DNA of 55,134 nucleotides from a virus (taxonomy: Duplodnaviria; Caudoviricetes), in IMG/VR virus record IMGVR_UViG_3300032294_001470, positions 1 to 55,134 of that record; one strand, 5' to 3'. Positions 55,004 to 55,134 of this stretch are shown here, one piece after another. The notes under the pieces are model-generated. The model saw only the letters and a program-made list of their open reading frames with translations, did not search any database and was not told where the DNA came from. Each line of letters begins with the position of its first letter. Position 1 is the stretch's first letter. A program made the position numbers and the translations under genes.

Positions 55004-55134
55004 AATAATATTTTAACAATAAATATCTCAATAATGAAAAAAAACTATTTACTGGTTAATTTACCCATAATTGCGGGAACCATATCTTAATTTTTATAAA
55101 TCTCAACTTTAGAATACTTTCCGTTATTATCCAA

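Noticed and set aside
1-55134. Stop-codon reassignment as seen in some large phages
   Set aside because: Long conserved genes (ppsA, thyA, clpP, ligase) are intact in the standard code; TAG and TGA both end genes at plausible positions; coding density is high.

Overview
An AT-rich, gene-dense segment that most likely comes from a large (jumbo/huge) dsDNA phage. Repeated Bacteroidota-type TAnnTTTG promoters, lipoprotein signals and a type IX secretion (T9SS) C-terminal sorting domain point to a Bacteroidota host. The left end holds three tRNA genes (Glu-TTC, Leu-TAA and an atypical GAA tRNA) interleaved with GC-rich structured non-coding segments. Recognisable genes include clpP, smpB, thyA, ppsA, a cyclophilin, an RNA ligase, a P-loop kinase, CYTH and phosphoesterase enzymes, a DenV-like glycosylase, HNH and non-specific nucleases, a GH19 endolysin, and NlpC/P60 and SET-domain proteins. 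A second upstream motif (ATATTTAT) precedes many proteins that share short N-terminal leaders. Two features stand out. (1) A candidate ~80-nt hairpin sRNA at 13477-13555, with its own promoter and terminator, has a loop antisense to the start-codon regions of two distant genes: the first gene of an envelope operon and a holin-like gene. (2) That 7-gene envelope operon (30070-36838) combines CsgG-like proteins, cohesin/dockerin-like modules, a GEVED domain, a beta-barrel and a T9SS cargo signal. All protein family calls come from motif recognition by eye; no searches were run.
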